A DNA stretch of 64,000 bases from Isurus oxyrinchus (lineage: Eukaryota). The position numbers were made by a program, and so were the translations under genes. Below are positions 13,060-26,341 of this stretch, piece after piece. The notes below the pieces were generated by a model. It searched no databases. It had not been told where the DNA came from and saw only the letters and a list, made by a program, of their open reading frames with translations. The DNA is taken from contig JANJGN010000004.1 of NCBI GenBank assembly GCA_026770705.1, positions 44,702,001 to 44,766,000 of the forward strand, read 5' to 3'. Numbering within the stretch: the stretch's first letter is position 1; every line of letters starts with the position of its first letter.

Positions 13060-14790
13060 ACAGTGTGATATTATAATCTTGCAGGATGGGAAGAGGAGGT
13101 CTCCACGTCAGACAGAGTAGACATGGATGGAGGTGGCAGAGGAGGTCAGAAGCTGTGGGGTCATCAAAGGATCTGGCTGCAATGCTGCAAGAAGCTGGAC
13201 AGCCTTTTCTGTTCTGCAAGGGTGAGTGATAAACCTAGTTCCCGATCTGGGTTCACACCAATTGGAGGGAATGCTGGTGATGTGTGTGGGAAATTGGTCA
13301 ATAAATGTCCATCAGGCAGACTGCATATTTGAGGACCTCTGCACCCTGCAGGGCTTCAGGAAACTGTGGGGATGGGGGGTGGGGGTGTAAGTGGATGATA
13401 AGGAAGCATTGAAAGCAAGGAGCACTGCCAAGCGGTGGAGTGAAGCAGGTTGTGATCTCAACCATGAGGCCATGATCTCTGCAGAGAGAAGACTCATTGT
13501 AATTTTATTGTCTTCACAGGAGAAGAGGGTCCATAATGCCTGGGAGAGGTCGAGGACTGGTGGCAATGGCTCCAGCTTGGTGCTTATGATGCCAATGGAG
13601 CAACACATCCACCTGGACAGACACCAGATGTGCAGAAACGTTGGTTGTGGAGAGGATAGAATTTGGGCTGGGATAGGCGAGAAAACCAAAGATCCTCGCA
13701 CAGAATAGGAGAGGAAGGATGTGGGAGTTTTGACATGCGATAGGTGGAATAAGTTTGACAAACTGTGCCATGGGATGAAAGGTGAAGGTGCATTTCTGAA
13801 ATACAGCAACTTCTGTTGGAGCTTTATCTGAAGAAAGGATCGTTGCTAATGTTTCTGTTTTCTCTAATAGGTCAGCCTTTGGCACCAGTGTTGATGCCTG
13901 AGGAAGAGGAGGGAACCTCAGAGGCTGCGCCATTACATCCATGCTCTGTGCCATCCACCAGATCAGATATTCACACCTTGGTGGATTTGCGTGTGTCAGA
14001 CAATTGTGAATCGCAAACTGATATGAGCACTGTACAAGCAGCAGATCAGATTCCAGAGTCTGTGACAATTCAAGCCTCTGACATGCAGAGGAGTGTGGAG
14101 TCCAAGTTGATGCTGAGTGTCAGGCTGATGATGAGCCTCTGGAGTCGTCCATAAGGCAGCAGATGTTGGATGTACAGCGGGAGGTGCGTGAAGATCTGGC
14201 AGAGCTTCCAGAAGGAATGTGCACCCTGAGGCCATGAGTGCTGCGATCTCCCTCTCATGTGCATGTGTGGCCTCCTCCACTGAGAGACTGGTGCTAAGAG
14301 CCAGATCCAACAGACCAATCAGTGACTGCTAGAAACATGTGCTGACCTGCATAGCATCGCCTTGTCACTGATATCAAGTGGCCTGTGCCAAGGTGAGAGG
14401 GGGGTCAGGTGTCTGGATTCTTCGCCAGGTCCTTGTTCCTCTCAGGTAAGCAGGGAGGGCCAATCGGGCCTCAAGTTGGTGTATGAGCAGCAGCTTTCTG
14501 CATCAGAGGGCACCTCTTAAGGCACTCTTTACGGTGACAGTGGCTCCTCCGCCTCTCTGCCAATGACACCAGCACCTCAGAGTGTCATGGCAGCAAAGGT
14601 GGCTCCCATATAGGGGGCCCCCACAACATCAGGTTTCTTCTCACAACAGGTGACTAGAGGACCTCCCCTCGCCCCCCCAAGGTCATCACAGGCAAAGGGA
14701 CATGTATGTCAGAAGCCTGCCTCCAATGCAGTTGACAGTGTAGGGGGAGCACCATGGCACAGCAGCCATAAAAGAATTAAGAAATCATAA
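13060..14790 (+). pseudogene. Harbinger Myb/SANT gene remnant, three exons
   Basis: WMEVAEEV..WLQCCKKLDSLFCSAR then GTGAGT at 13222; acceptor then EKRVHNAWERSRTGG at 13520; exon 3 from 13871; disrupted by stops and frameshifts. Confidence 0.75.
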
Positions 14791-15189
14791 TAGACACACA
14801 TCACAGGTGTTCCATAAATTTATATTGCTGCATAAGAGATTGTGTTGAGATACTTTATTAAATGCTTTTGATCAAGAATGGACATGTCATTATTGTAAGG
14901 GATCTCATGGTTGGATGATGGTATGAATGGCATCTAGACCATAGCTTTCTGGTGATGTTTGCATTAGCCATCTTCTGCACAGATTTCCTCAGTGATGAGT
15001 GATGTTGCAGTAGTCTTCAATCTCCTTTGCCGAAAGCATGACAGGAAGAATGAGCAGAGATGACACAGAACAGAACAATACGTTGGAAGATGGGAGAGCA
15101 GGAGAGGAGGAAGTGTCTCAACAGGAGAGCAAATCTGTCCAAGGTGTTCAGGGAACAATTTTCCTACCAGAATTTCAGCCAGGAACAAT

Positions 15190-16070
15190 GTGTCAGCTAT
15201 CTCCATGGACATGATCACTGAAAACTGCCACAGCCTTAGGTACAGACGCAGACTCACAGCAGGATGAGTATGGCATTGGCAGTAGCTGTGAAGGTGACTG
15301 TGGCCATGAACTTTAATGCATTTGGCTTCTTCCGGAATAGAGCAGGCAATGTTCACAACCGTTCTCTGCCCACTATTGCATAAGGGAAGTCACTGAAGTT
15401 CTGTATTCCAAGAGAGCTGAGTCCATTTTATTTTCTGTTCCCTAAAGAAGCAGGTGGAGTGACCTCACAGCTTCCGAGATTGCATGCTTCCCCATTGTGC
15501 AGAGTGTCACTGACTGGTCTGCAAGTTACTCCGTGTCAATTCTATGATGTAATGCAACTGAAATGATTCCACGCCCTCAATGACCAGAGGGTGTGCAACC
15601 ATAATCAGAGCATGATGCAGGTCAAAGCCCATTATCCTGGCAGCGTTCATGATACCTTCATTCTGTGGCAGTGTGCTCTGCCAGCTGTAGTTGAGCCACT
15701 GTGACAAACCCCAGAATGGCTATGGGGTGACAAGAGCTATCTTTTGATGACATTGCTCATGACTCTGCTGTGGAACCCACACACATGATATCACATGAAA
15801 TGAGATGGAGCAGGCCATTGGTGTGCTTAAACAAAGCTTCTGCTGCCTGGGCCACTCTAGGGAAGGTTTATTGTAATCAGCAGAATGTGTATTAAGGTTT
15901 GTGGTAGTCTGTTGCACAATCTCGCTATCATGAGGGCACTGCCTTTGTCACCAACAATACACTGACCAGCTGAGAAGCAGATAGGGGAGGAGAAAGGGAG
16001 GAGAAAGGGAGGAGGCAACCAATACAACCTCCTGTGATCAATTTATCCAACTGTGATGCTGGTAAACACT
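15190..16070 (+). pseudogene. Harbinger (HARBI1-type) transposase remnant
   Basis: LAVAVKVTVAMN, FPIVQSVTD, YPGSVHDTFIL, WLWGDKSY, EQAIGVLKQSFCCL and an acidic tail. Confidence 0.8.
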
Positions 16071-18049
16071 ACTGCAGTTCTCCATTCACCAACAAGTCCC
16101 ATACTTTCCCTGTCATTGACCTTCACAGTGTCTACTTGGTCACAACGCTGAAATAAAAGCCACTATAAAATAAACATTCCCAAACAAATTTATAAATCAA
16201 GACATACAATGTTGTATATAATCATTAACAAATCACCCTTGTGCATTTCCTTAGTGCCTGTCCTAGTGCGCCTACACAGTGCTATCCCAGTACCTGCAGC
16301 ATGGCTGGTGCAAGGCTGCTGATTTTCAGTGGGGGAACCTGTAGATAGCCTCACAGTTGGATGGCTTCTTCTTGTGCTGCAATGGCAGTTGAGACATCAT
16401 CCAACAGTTGCTGCATCATGGCTGGGTCCAAAAGCACGCTGATCAAGTTGGCCACCACTTTCACGCTGGAAATAATGTGTACCAAGCTCTATGCCAAATG
16501 GTTCCATGCTTCCGGACTGACTGCAGTTTTCTGACAGTCTTGCCAATGCACCAAACATTTCCCATTAGCCTCCTATTGTAGGCTATCCCATTGAGCTCCT
16601 CATCTGTGTCCTCTGCAGTAGAGTATATAAATGGTGCCTGCTCTCTCCTTAACCCCTGCCCTGGCTGCAGGCCAGTTGGGCCTGTGTTTCACCACACCTG
16701 GATGCCACCTCCAAGCTACCCTCTAAAGTACGCGCAATGTCGGTAGCTGCGAGTGTGAGAGCAAGAGACAATGGACGGGATTTTCTGCGCCTGAATCGTG
16801 ATGGGTGTGTTCAGTGGCAAGATCAGAGGATCTTGCAAGAAGGCTCTAGGTGCGCTTTCCAGCGACATGAATCCAGAAAGCGGTTGTCCCCACCTCCCAT
16901 CAATGGTGCGTTGCCCGTCATCGAACTTCAGCAATTTAATTTGAATGTATTTTCATCTCATTAATGTGACCACACGCCAGAATCATCCCCTGACATCAAA
17001 TTTAAAGCCCACATTGACATGATTTACAATTGCCTTTAAAAGACGCACACCTGCCGACCTGAATTTCGAGGGGAGCTTGGAGGTGAGTGCACACAATTTT
17101 GAGTGGTCATGGTGATCCCAATGCAAGGAAATGACTCCATGGATTCAGGGAGGGGGTCACAGTCATGTCACCACAATGGCTTCTTCGTAACTGGTTTGTG
17201 ATGCTGGGGCAAGGGTGATGGTGCTAGGGGAAAAGGGGAAAAGGGAACCTTAGGGCAAGGGTGACAGTGCAAGAGGACAATGGAGAGAAGAGTACTTCAG
17301 GATAAAGGCCAAAAGCACAAGGGTGGGGGAGTGTGCTGTTCATGCCAGCACAGACTGAAGTTTGAACACAAACATATGCCAGTTGGGGGGGAGTGGGGAG
17401 AAGGGAAGAAAACCATCGGGCAAATTCCAAAACATGTCAAAGATGAGCACTCTTCTGCAGCTGCAAATATTTAGTTTGAGCTCATTTGACATGCTTGGAG
17501 TCAGAGTAGTCAAGCAATTGTGCCCACTCAAGCAGCACTAATTCCTGACAGTGCCAATGATTGTTCCTGCACTGTTAACCCCTAGTGCACATACTTCAAA
17601 CTCGAATGAGTGCTATGGTGCTACAGAACCTTTAAGCGACTAGGCAAGCCTGAGGATCCTATTGGATAAGGTGGCCATCGAACACTGATGGAGGGGCATA
17701 CTCCTAGTCCCTTGCATTATGTTTAGGTTGATGTTGAAAAGTCATTCTCATGATGCAAGCAAACCGCAAAGCCTTGCAGTGCAAGTTAGGAAAATGCCTG
17801 CGCCTGAGATGCGAGTTCAGGATGCAGTCGAGTGGCCAAAGCTGCCGTCATTCGGTCATGTGGTGTGGGGCGGTGTTGGGTGGGGACATGGTGAACCATC
17901 ATGTGCACTAAACACTGGGCATCCATGTGATGGCCTGGACTCTCCAGCATGTGTTAAGGGGCTTTGAGAAGCAGCCGCAGGCGATGACTTAAGCAAGAGT
18001 GGTCCTTAGGAGACAATTGCTGATCCTTGCGTCTCTCTCTTTGATACTG

Positions 18050-19235
18050 CAGTGAGGAGACAATCAGAGGTATGGTGGCTGGTAATCCCACTGTCTGCCT
18101 CATTGCTTATAGGCAGGAGAGAAGAATGCAATGGAAGCGCCTGGCCTACCAAAGAGAGGAGCAGAACCCTGAAGACCAAGGGACAGCACAGCCTCCTCTG
18201 CAGAGGATGTACCCCACAGAGCCATCGTTTGTAGGCACATCGCTACACCCAGTGACTACAGTCGGCACATAAGCTACCTGCAGGTGAGTGAGAACCAGTA
18301 TCACTGATGCCTGCGCAAGTCAAGGGAACTGGCCAAATATGTATGCCACCTTCTGCAGGATTTGACACCATGGGGACTCAGAGGGCATCCACTGCCAGTG
18401 GCAGTGAAAGTTACCGCCGTGCTCAATTTCTACGGCAGTGCTCCTTCCAGGGCTCCACTGGGGACCTTTGCGGGATCTCGAAACCTCGATCCATAAATGT
18501 ATCCAGGAGGTCTCAGGTGCCTTTTTGCCAAGGCACACAACTTTGTCAACTTCGACAGGGATCAGGCAAGCCAGGAAGCAAGAGTGCTGGGATTTTCTGA
18601 GATTTCTGGATTCCCACAGGTGCAGGGTGCCATCGACTGCACTCATGTGGCTCTTAAATCTCCCTGGCAACAAGCAGTCCAGCATGTGAACATCAGGGCT
18701 TCCATCCTTTCAATGCTCAGCTGCCCTGCGATCATAACAAACAGAACTTGCAGGTGTGTGCAAGATACCCATGAATCGTACATCCTCAGCAGGTCTCAGG
18801 TTCCTGATATCTTCCAGGGAGCACACAGGATGCAGCATTGGCTCCTCAGAGGCAAGGGCTACCTACAAAGGACTTGTTTGATGGTGTCCAAGTGACAGAA
18901 GGTACAATGCCGCAACCCAGAGTTTGGTTGAACACACCATTGGCATCTTGAAAATGAGGTTCCAGTGCCTGGGCAGGTCTAGTGGAGCACACCAGAGGGT
19001 GTCATGCATCATCATGGCTTGCTGCATGCTACAGTACCTGGTGATGCAGAGGGGAGAGGCGCTGGATGATGAGGAAATGCAAGAGCTGCACATCTCTTCG
19101 GATGTGGAGGAAGTTGAAGGGGATGAGTGTGATGAGGTCCTGAAAGGCAAGGGTGCAGTGATGAGGCCGTTGCACTGGCCAGACAAAGCAGGCAAATTTG
19201 TGAGGCCCTCATTGCCACAAGTTCCAGGAGGATGA
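18050..19235 (+). pseudogene. Harbinger DDE transposase (HARBI1 family), frameshifted
   Basis: LPVAVKVTAVLNFY, GFPQVQGAIDCTHVAL, HESYIL, VEHTIGILKMRFQCL, IIMACCML, split across frames. Confidence 0.92.
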
Positions 19236-19833
19236 TGACGAGATGCAATGAGGTCCCTCTTGAGATCTTCACATCGCATCTGGGAACATCTGACACCTGT
19301 CTGGCTGAGGGTGGCGCATATACACTCTGTGAAGAGGCTCATATCATCGAGATGCTGCTGAGATACAACTTTAGGACAACTTGATCCTTAGGCAGGCTTC
19401 ATCACCTGTTCCCTTCAGCACCACACTTTCACCTGTCAGGAATGGTGTCGAGATGGGGAGGCAGCCCTGCCTCTAAGGTGCTGAGAGTACACAGAAAACA
19501 TCATGGAACCCAGTTACACTTAGGTACGAGATTCTTGCAGCAAACAGAAGCCACGTGGAGATGCACACATCACTAATCTGGAGAGTGACTTTGAAGCTGG
19601 ACAATTACTGTACTCAATGTGTTACACACTGCACAGGGGAGAGGCCCTGGATTGCAACACTAGCTTTCATTTTGTTCAGGAAGCAAGGTTTCACATCTGA
19701 TTGACACAAACACTGCTGATCATAACAAGGAGCCATAGACAAGGAAACATACTTGGGAGAGCATTTAAATGGTCAACATTAAGTACAAATGATTAACACC
19801 CTTGCCCACTTTATGCAACTACATCTTCTTGAC

Positions 19834-20077
19834 ACGCGGCCGGGTATCCTTGGAGAGGGAGCACGCGGTGTCTGCCGGCACACTCGAGCCCTTCCGTGCT
19901 CGGTGGGCACCGCGGGGACTGGGGTGCTTTATTGACCCCTTTTATCACATTTTGGTTTAAAGTTGTAAGTTTCCTTTAAACTTTGTTCTTGGTTTTACAG
20001 CTGACCTAAATTAGGGGCTGTGCCTGATTTATCCTAATTTTGTTAATTTGGCTTAATTGGTTTTAATTCGAAAGAGT
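19834..20077 (+). mobile_element. Tx1/L1-clade LINE 3' end
   Basis: RGRVSLEREHAVSAGTLEPFRARWAPRGLGCFIDPFYHILV* plus T-rich UTR; 14-bp TSD TACATCTTCTTGAC. Confidence 0.8.
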
Positions 20078-20178
20078 TACATCTTCTTGACGTTTCTAAC
20101 CCTGGTGCTCCCTCAACATCCACAGCAGAGGTGGAGGTGGCCTGCTAACTGCTACGCCCTGTTGTTTATGATGACCTT

Positions 20179-21202
20179 TGTTATGACTGGACCCCAGGCG
20201 AGGTCCCCCAATTTGTTAACTTCCCGAATGGGACTCCAATTTTGTGATGCTCCTGGGTGAGGAGGAATGAGCTGGCTCCCCTTTTGTATTCAACCCCCTC
20301 AGTTGGTTGCAACCAGGTTAATTTAAAAAGGATCCTTTCCCCCCCTGAATACTTTCTCCCAGTCCAAATGTATTTATTTTTTAGAAGGAGATAATTTAAC
20401 TAGTCTTTCTTGAGCCAAAGAAAGAGTATGTTTAAACTCCGAGGAAAAATAATCAGAACACAATACACATACACACAGATCAGGAATGAGAAGTTAAGAG
20501 TCCAAATAATGGTTCAAAAATATACAAATCAGTCTGAGTTGTCTGAGAGGCGGAAATGACAATGCATTGCAGCCGTTAAATTGGGTGATTCCTTGGTTCT
20601 GCAGGGAAGCTGAAGAGGCTGTCCTATTTCCTTTTTGATTGTGGCTTCTGCTGACCCTAGCACCAGCAACAGAGAGAGAGAGAGAGAGAGATCGCTCCTG
20701 CAACTGCAGAAGTGACTAGTTGGCCTTCTTGTGCTGTCACTCTCACTGCTCTGCAGCTAGCTTTTTAACCCATTTTTTCCTGTATATTCCAGGAGGGGAA
20801 AATAGCCAACTTGCATTCATCTCAGAACTATTTACACATTCTGAGATATAAATCAATAGGAAGTGGAAGTTTTGGGTGGCTGATGAGATGTGCAAATCCG
20901 CCTTTTGTCTCCGCAATCACTGGAGATTAAAGTTAAGCCTTTTGCATCTTTCCTATCTCCCTTTCAGGTGTCTCTGCTTGAAGAGGCCTTGACACCTTTT
21001 CAGGTACAACATCCTGTGTTCTCTCAGGACAGATCTGTCAGTATAATCTACATAGGAGTTTTCCAGAAAATGGTCACTTTACATTATCAGCCATCTTTTG
21101 CTCGGTGTCCTTGCTTGTATTTCTTTAAAAACACACAATTCTTCCTTAAAAAGTTCAATATGCCTGTAAGTAGTTCATGGTGGCAAACAGCTTTTCATGG
21201 CA
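20179..21202. repeat. Solo LTR
   Basis: TGTTATGA...TCATGGCA termini, flanks CCTT/TCTT, interrupts Myb sequence; internal (AG)n; similar to 52899-53781. Confidence 0.7.
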
Positions 21203-24200
21203 TCTTGGTTGGCGTCCTCTGAAGGCCCAAGACCTGGAGGGCTCAGGCCTACTTTCAAGGTCCGGCTGTGTGCCAGTGGCACCCTCCTCGGCCTATTGAG
21301 CTGGAGCTGCTGAGGTCACAGGAGGAGGGGATTTGGATGGGTTGGACATTCCCGGGGTCACCTGGTTGGATGGCCCCAGGGTATGCACCTACTGATCCTC
21401 CTCCCTATGGGTGCTCAAGGGTCCCTAGCTGACTGTTTGAGAGGAAGGGGCAACTTGAGTGAGCTCAAGATGCCCCACCCTCCCGCCTCACGTCGACACT
21501 GATAGTTGCCTGTAAGTGCCTCAATGATGGAGTGCAGCTCCTGGAGCAGTGCAGGACCGATGCCCTAGACCAATGTCTCCATGGTGGCTATTATTCTATC
21601 AGTGTTGACCTCGGTGCAATAGCATGCCAGTGCTATCACCTCAGACTGAAGGCAGCTGGACTCCTCCATCGTGCTTTCCAATCTGAGGAGTACAGTGGAC
21701 ATCCCTTCCTGATGTTCCTGAACTTGCCTTTGCAGCTCCAGCAACTAAGGTATGACCAGAAGCTCCTCATCTGACTCGGACTCAGCAGATTTCTGGCTTC
21801 CAGTAGTCCGCCGAATGCCGGAAACCTGAGAAGTCCCTACCTCCGCTTGATGTTGGTTCAGATACTGCAATGTGCTCACCAGATTGTGACCCCGAGGCTA
21901 TTCTAGAACTAGGTCCCACCAACTTGTGTGTCTCTGCACTGGTGGAGGGTGTGGGTGAGCACTGTGAGGGTCTTCAATGTCAGCATCTGCAGATTCCTCT
22001 TCCATGGTGTCCTTGGGCTGCAGTCGAGGGCCTGGCTCATGGACCCCCTCATCTGGCTGCCAGATGTGCTGGCAAATGCAAGGAGAGATAATTAGTGCAT
22101 GGCAGGGGCTGTGGAACAGGGGACCTCACTCACAGCATGGTTGTCCGATGGATGTTGACCTGCTGGATCCTCACTTGGTTGAGCACCGCTGACCTCACTG
22201 TCAGTGCAGGAACAGTTGAAGTCATTGTTGGCCAGCTGGATGGCTCTGTTTTCAACGTCTGATGTCGAGCATTCCTCCACCAGTCTGCGACCTCTCCCTT
22301 TTGTTTTGTACCAGCTTATCCTGCACGAATACAGTTGTAGAGAGTGCAAGCAGAACACCTGCCAGGCAAAATGAAAAGGATGCTTGGCATGTGTGGGTGC
22401 TGAATGGGGCTATGGATGGGATGTGGACATGATTCACAGGGCAGATGAATGTATGTATGAGGGAGTGAATGGTGATGTCCCTTGAACTGGCAGTGAGTGA
22501 GATTCTTGTCGATGTGTGATGGGTTTGTGAGTGTGTGAGTTGAATAATGAGAAGTGTGACTTACCCATGTGGAATGGAGGAGATCATTCATCCTCTTTCG
22601 GCACTGGGTGGCTGTCCCCTTTTGGAGAGCGTTCGCACTGACCACCACTGCCACTGCCTCCCATGCTGTGTTTGTCACATTGGATGAGGTTCTTTGCCCA
22701 GGCCAGGGGTAAAGGATGTCGCAGCAGGCCTCCATTGCATCTAGTAGGTACCTAAAGGAGGTGTCACTAAATTTGGAGCAGTATGTTTCCTCCCTTTTGT
22801 TTCCAGCAGCTTCATATCTTTGAAGAATGCTAGCTCCGCGCAGGGGCGGCCTTTAAATATAGCGCTTGGTTTATTGAAGGCCTGAGGTGATGTTGGAGCA
22901 GGGGAATCAGAGTCTGTCCCACCAGCGATCCAGCGTAAAACCCATGCATCTCAATTCTTTAAACAAAGTGGCGCACAAAACAATGGAAAAAGTCGCCATT
23001 GCCGTCACCAGGTCACAGGCTGATTTCCCCGGCCGATATCGGGACTTTGACGATTTCTGGGGCAATTCCACCCAATGTTTCCTCTTCATCATTGTCTTCC
23101 TGCTTTTCCATCTCTTGGTTTTGCACCACTGCCAGGCCAGGTTGCAGCTCCAGGATATTTGAAAGGAAAAACAAACAGAGGAGGATTTAGGTGACAGGTG
23201 TGAGGGAAAGCAAGAGGTGTAGGCTTCTACAACCCTGTAGCTTGTAAATCAGAAGAAATTGTGGGATGAGGAGGAGGTGGGATGTAAGAAGGTGAACGAG
23301 GTATTAACACACCATCATCTTCGATGGTCTCAACCCATTCGCTATCCATGGCTTCAGTGATGGCAACTCCAAAGCACTGTCTGCACCATGGGGTAAAGAT
23401 ATGCAGCCATGTCTGTACCTACTGGTTTTGTGCTGCTGCCTCTAGTTGTCCTGCAAGAGGGAGGGAAGTGCATCGGTAAGTGTGGTGCAATGTATTTGGG
23501 TGATGTGACTTTTAATGCTGAATAGCTAGTGGTGTGTACAAGCTATGAAATGTGAGTGTGAGGCTTGCAGCAGTGCTGAATGTGTGAGAGTGAGGTGAAG
23601 CTTTGAATGTTATTTCAAAATCGTGATTGTTAGAGATTGTTGGTAGCAAAGTGATGGGGTCCATTGAGCATTCTGTGACACTAGTGGTGTAGTTAGTGAA
23701 ATATGGCACTGAAGATACATTCACTGACCTTTACAACTCATGTGAGGTAATTGAACATCTTGTGGCACTGCATCCAGATCTTTGGGGCTAGGCTCCTGGC
23801 ATTGACTGCTATGGCTATCTGGTCCCACTGCTTTCACAAAGTTTGCCTACTGGCTGCAAGCTTGAGCAGAGTGTGCAAAATATGATAGGCTAACATGAGT
23901 TCAAGCTAGCCAAAATGACTTAAAGCTAACCTGTTCCTCTTAGAGGAGAGGTGCATTTTGGCTGGAGTGGATGCAGAAAGTTTGCCAACTGGGCCTCTTT
24001 GTTCCCTGTGGATAGAGCACATCTCTCCTCCTCACCAATTCCTGCAGCAAGGCCTCTGGTGTATTGTCAGAGAATCTTGGAGCTCCCTCTCTAGCATGTT
24101 GTGTCACTCCTATATCTTCCCCGTATCAAAATCACTTATAGAATGAGTCACTCACCGACATGCTTTGCACTTAATACGCCCTACAATCACTTAAATTAAC

Positions 24201-24504
24201 AGGCAGCACAAAGTTTGCAGCTCTCTGCATTGGAAGCCATGGGTGTGGGTTAATCTCTAATCATGATCTCTGTGCCCATTTTCTGAGGTAATTGATTTTC
24301 TCAGGGAGATCTAGCTTTGGATGCCCTTATTCCCCCTATTCAGAATGTGAGTCTTTGGGGGAGGGTGATGCACACAAGAAAGTGGAGTTGAGACCGCAAT
24401 CAGATTAACTATGATTTTATTGAATGGTAGAGCAGGGTCAAAGGGCCAAATAGCCTACTCTTGCCCCTAAATCATATATTCCTATTTTCCTATGTTCCAA
24501 TCTA

Positions 24505-25080
24505 TCCCATCTTTGCAGGACTCCAATGCATATTTACCGTTTTAATTGCCAAAATTTGATTCCAATCCATCTGGACAAGATCTCTTTTCACTGACATTAG
24601 GTCTCTTCCAGTTGAATATTTTCAGCTTATATTTTTCTTGTCCTTTTCCATAACCACTCTAAATATTGTGATCACGATTACCCCAATGCTCTCTCACTGA
24701 AGCAGTCTCCCCTTGTCTGCCTCATTCTCCAGAATTAGATCCTTCCTCATTGGGCCAGAAATATACTGATTAAGGAAGTTTTCTTGTACACATTTCAGGA
24801 ATTCCTTCCCCTCTTTGCCATTTACACTTACTATCCCAGGTCATGTTAACACAATTGAAGTTCCTCATTATCACTACTCTATTCTTGCACATTTCTGCAC
24901 TTTGCCTGCAAATTTGCTCCTCTATCTCCTTTCCTCTGTTTGATGACCGAAAGCCTACACCCAACATGATATTACTTCCTCTGTTGTTCATTAATTCTAA
25001 CCCAATAGATTCTGTCTTGGAATCCTGAAGTACAACATCTATTTATAGAGTTGTTCAAGCACTTTTGATCAATACAGCTG
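24505..25080 (-). mobile_element. CR1 endonuclease-domain fragment
   Basis: LGVGFRSSNRGKEIEEQICRQ..RVVIMRNFN; a separate plus-strand CR1 tail lies at ~24340-24500. Confidence 0.8.
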
Positions 25081-25902
25081 CCACCATCATGTTTTTCCCC
25101 ACGCACCCCACCCCACCCCCGACCCCACCCCACCCCACCCCACCCCATCTTTTTTGTCCTTCCCTATCTTTCCTAATGTGAGTTTAAAGAAACTGAAAGG
25201 TCTATTTTGCAGAGTTGAGCACCCACAAAACATCTGAGAAATGTGTTCAGCTCTAATTGTCTAGGCCTGAATTGTACTGCTTCTGAAGTTTCTCTGTAAC
25301 TTCTCTGATGAATTTACCTGCTTGTGCCTGAAGAGGGCGCAGCAATGTAAATTATATGTAAATGAATATCAGATGCTGTGCGCACAGATATCCTGTCGTG
25401 GTACTTGGTGAAAATCAAGGCAGACTGCTCCATAAAAACCTGGTGCTATTGATCCCAAAACTACTGTATGGCTGCTGTCTGTCTTAAGGGACAGGCAAGT
25501 ATTGTCAAGAAAGGGCTTCTCAAAACTTCAAGCTGATGACAGAGGATTCTGAAAACTGCAACCATGGCTGCACTATCTTCCTTTCTTCCAGAATGCAACT
25601 TAACCTTGATTTCAGCAGTAACTTCTTTCCTGGGGCTTCTCCTGTGTCTGTCACTTTGGTGTTCCTACTGCGCATGATATTTTATCACTACAGCTGAGAG
25701 CTAGTGACAACGTACTCAACACAACTATAAATACAAGTTGTTAGACATATAGGTTTTGCCTTGGATATTCTATTGGATACAGCAGTGTTGGTCACTCTTC
25801 TAAGTGATCTATGTTTCTTATATTTACGGGTGTGTCCTTACTCCTCAATGTACAATCATATAATCACAGATATCAGGGGTACAACAATAGGAACATTTGT
25901 GA

Positions 25903-26138
25903 CAAAGCAAAAACAGAATTACCTGGAAAAACTCAGCAGGTCTGGCAGCATCGGCGGAGAAGAAAAGAATTGACGTTTCGAGTCCTCATGACCCTTCAAC
26001 AGAACTGAAGGGTCATGAGGACTTGAAACGTCAACTCTTTTCTTCTCCGCCGATGCTGCCAGACCTGCTGAGTTTTTCCAGGTAATTCTGTTTTTGTTTT
26101 GGATTTCCAGCATCCGCAGTTTTTTATTTTTATCTCTA
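25903..26138. mobile_element. Fold-back Penelope-like unit (two inverted 3' ends)
   Basis: Inverted arms 25908-25998 / 26006-26096; 14-bp TSD AGGAACATTTGTGA. Confidence 0.9.
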
Positions 26139-26341
26139 AGGAACATTTGTGATCTCAAATGGATATTGTGCCCTAGCACATCGCTCACATGGACTAATCC
26201 AATCTTTTTGAGGATAGATGAATAAACACTTGGTGAGACGTAGCCAGCGCTGAATCGTTATATCTTCCTTATTTGGCACAAGACAAATTAATGTAAAGAA
26301 TAATGGACGAAGCAATTTCCACTTCCCTCCTCAAAAATATG

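Larger units (their letters stand above)
19819..22790 (-). pseudogene. Harbinger Myb/SANT gene remnant
   Basis: WEAVAVVVSANALQKGTATQCRKRMNDLL; GT-AG intron 22564-22321; exon 2 DKLVQNKRERSQTGGG; interrupted by the LTR and Tx1 inserts. Confidence 0.85.
16773..23073. mobile_element. Full-length two-gene PIF/Harbinger relic
   Basis: Ends GGACGGGATTTTC and GGCAATTCCACCC, TSD AAT/AAT; convergent transposase (+) and Myb (-) genes inside. Confidence 0.85.
16250..23860 (-). pseudogene. Myb/SANT gene remnant of the host Harbinger, split by 16773-23073
   Basis: Flanks at 16772 and 23077 rejoin to match the homologous Myb segment at ~39630-39680; WMQCHKMFNYL at ~23740-23780. Confidence 0.65.

Noticed and set aside
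13312-14068. Minus-strand 165-aa and 184-aa ORFs as a separate gene or Tx1 fragment
   Set aside because: They are antisense to recognisable plus-strand Myb exons and contain no convincing motifs.
18497-19235. Domesticated HARBI1 host gene
   Set aside because: Multiple frameshifts, enclosure by TIRs and a TSD, and several degenerate paralogues in the window.
25761-26188. Recurrent peptides TWKNSAGLAAS and MLPDLLSFSR as a small-protein family
   Set aside because: They are translations of both strands of the non-coding Penelope terminal repeat.
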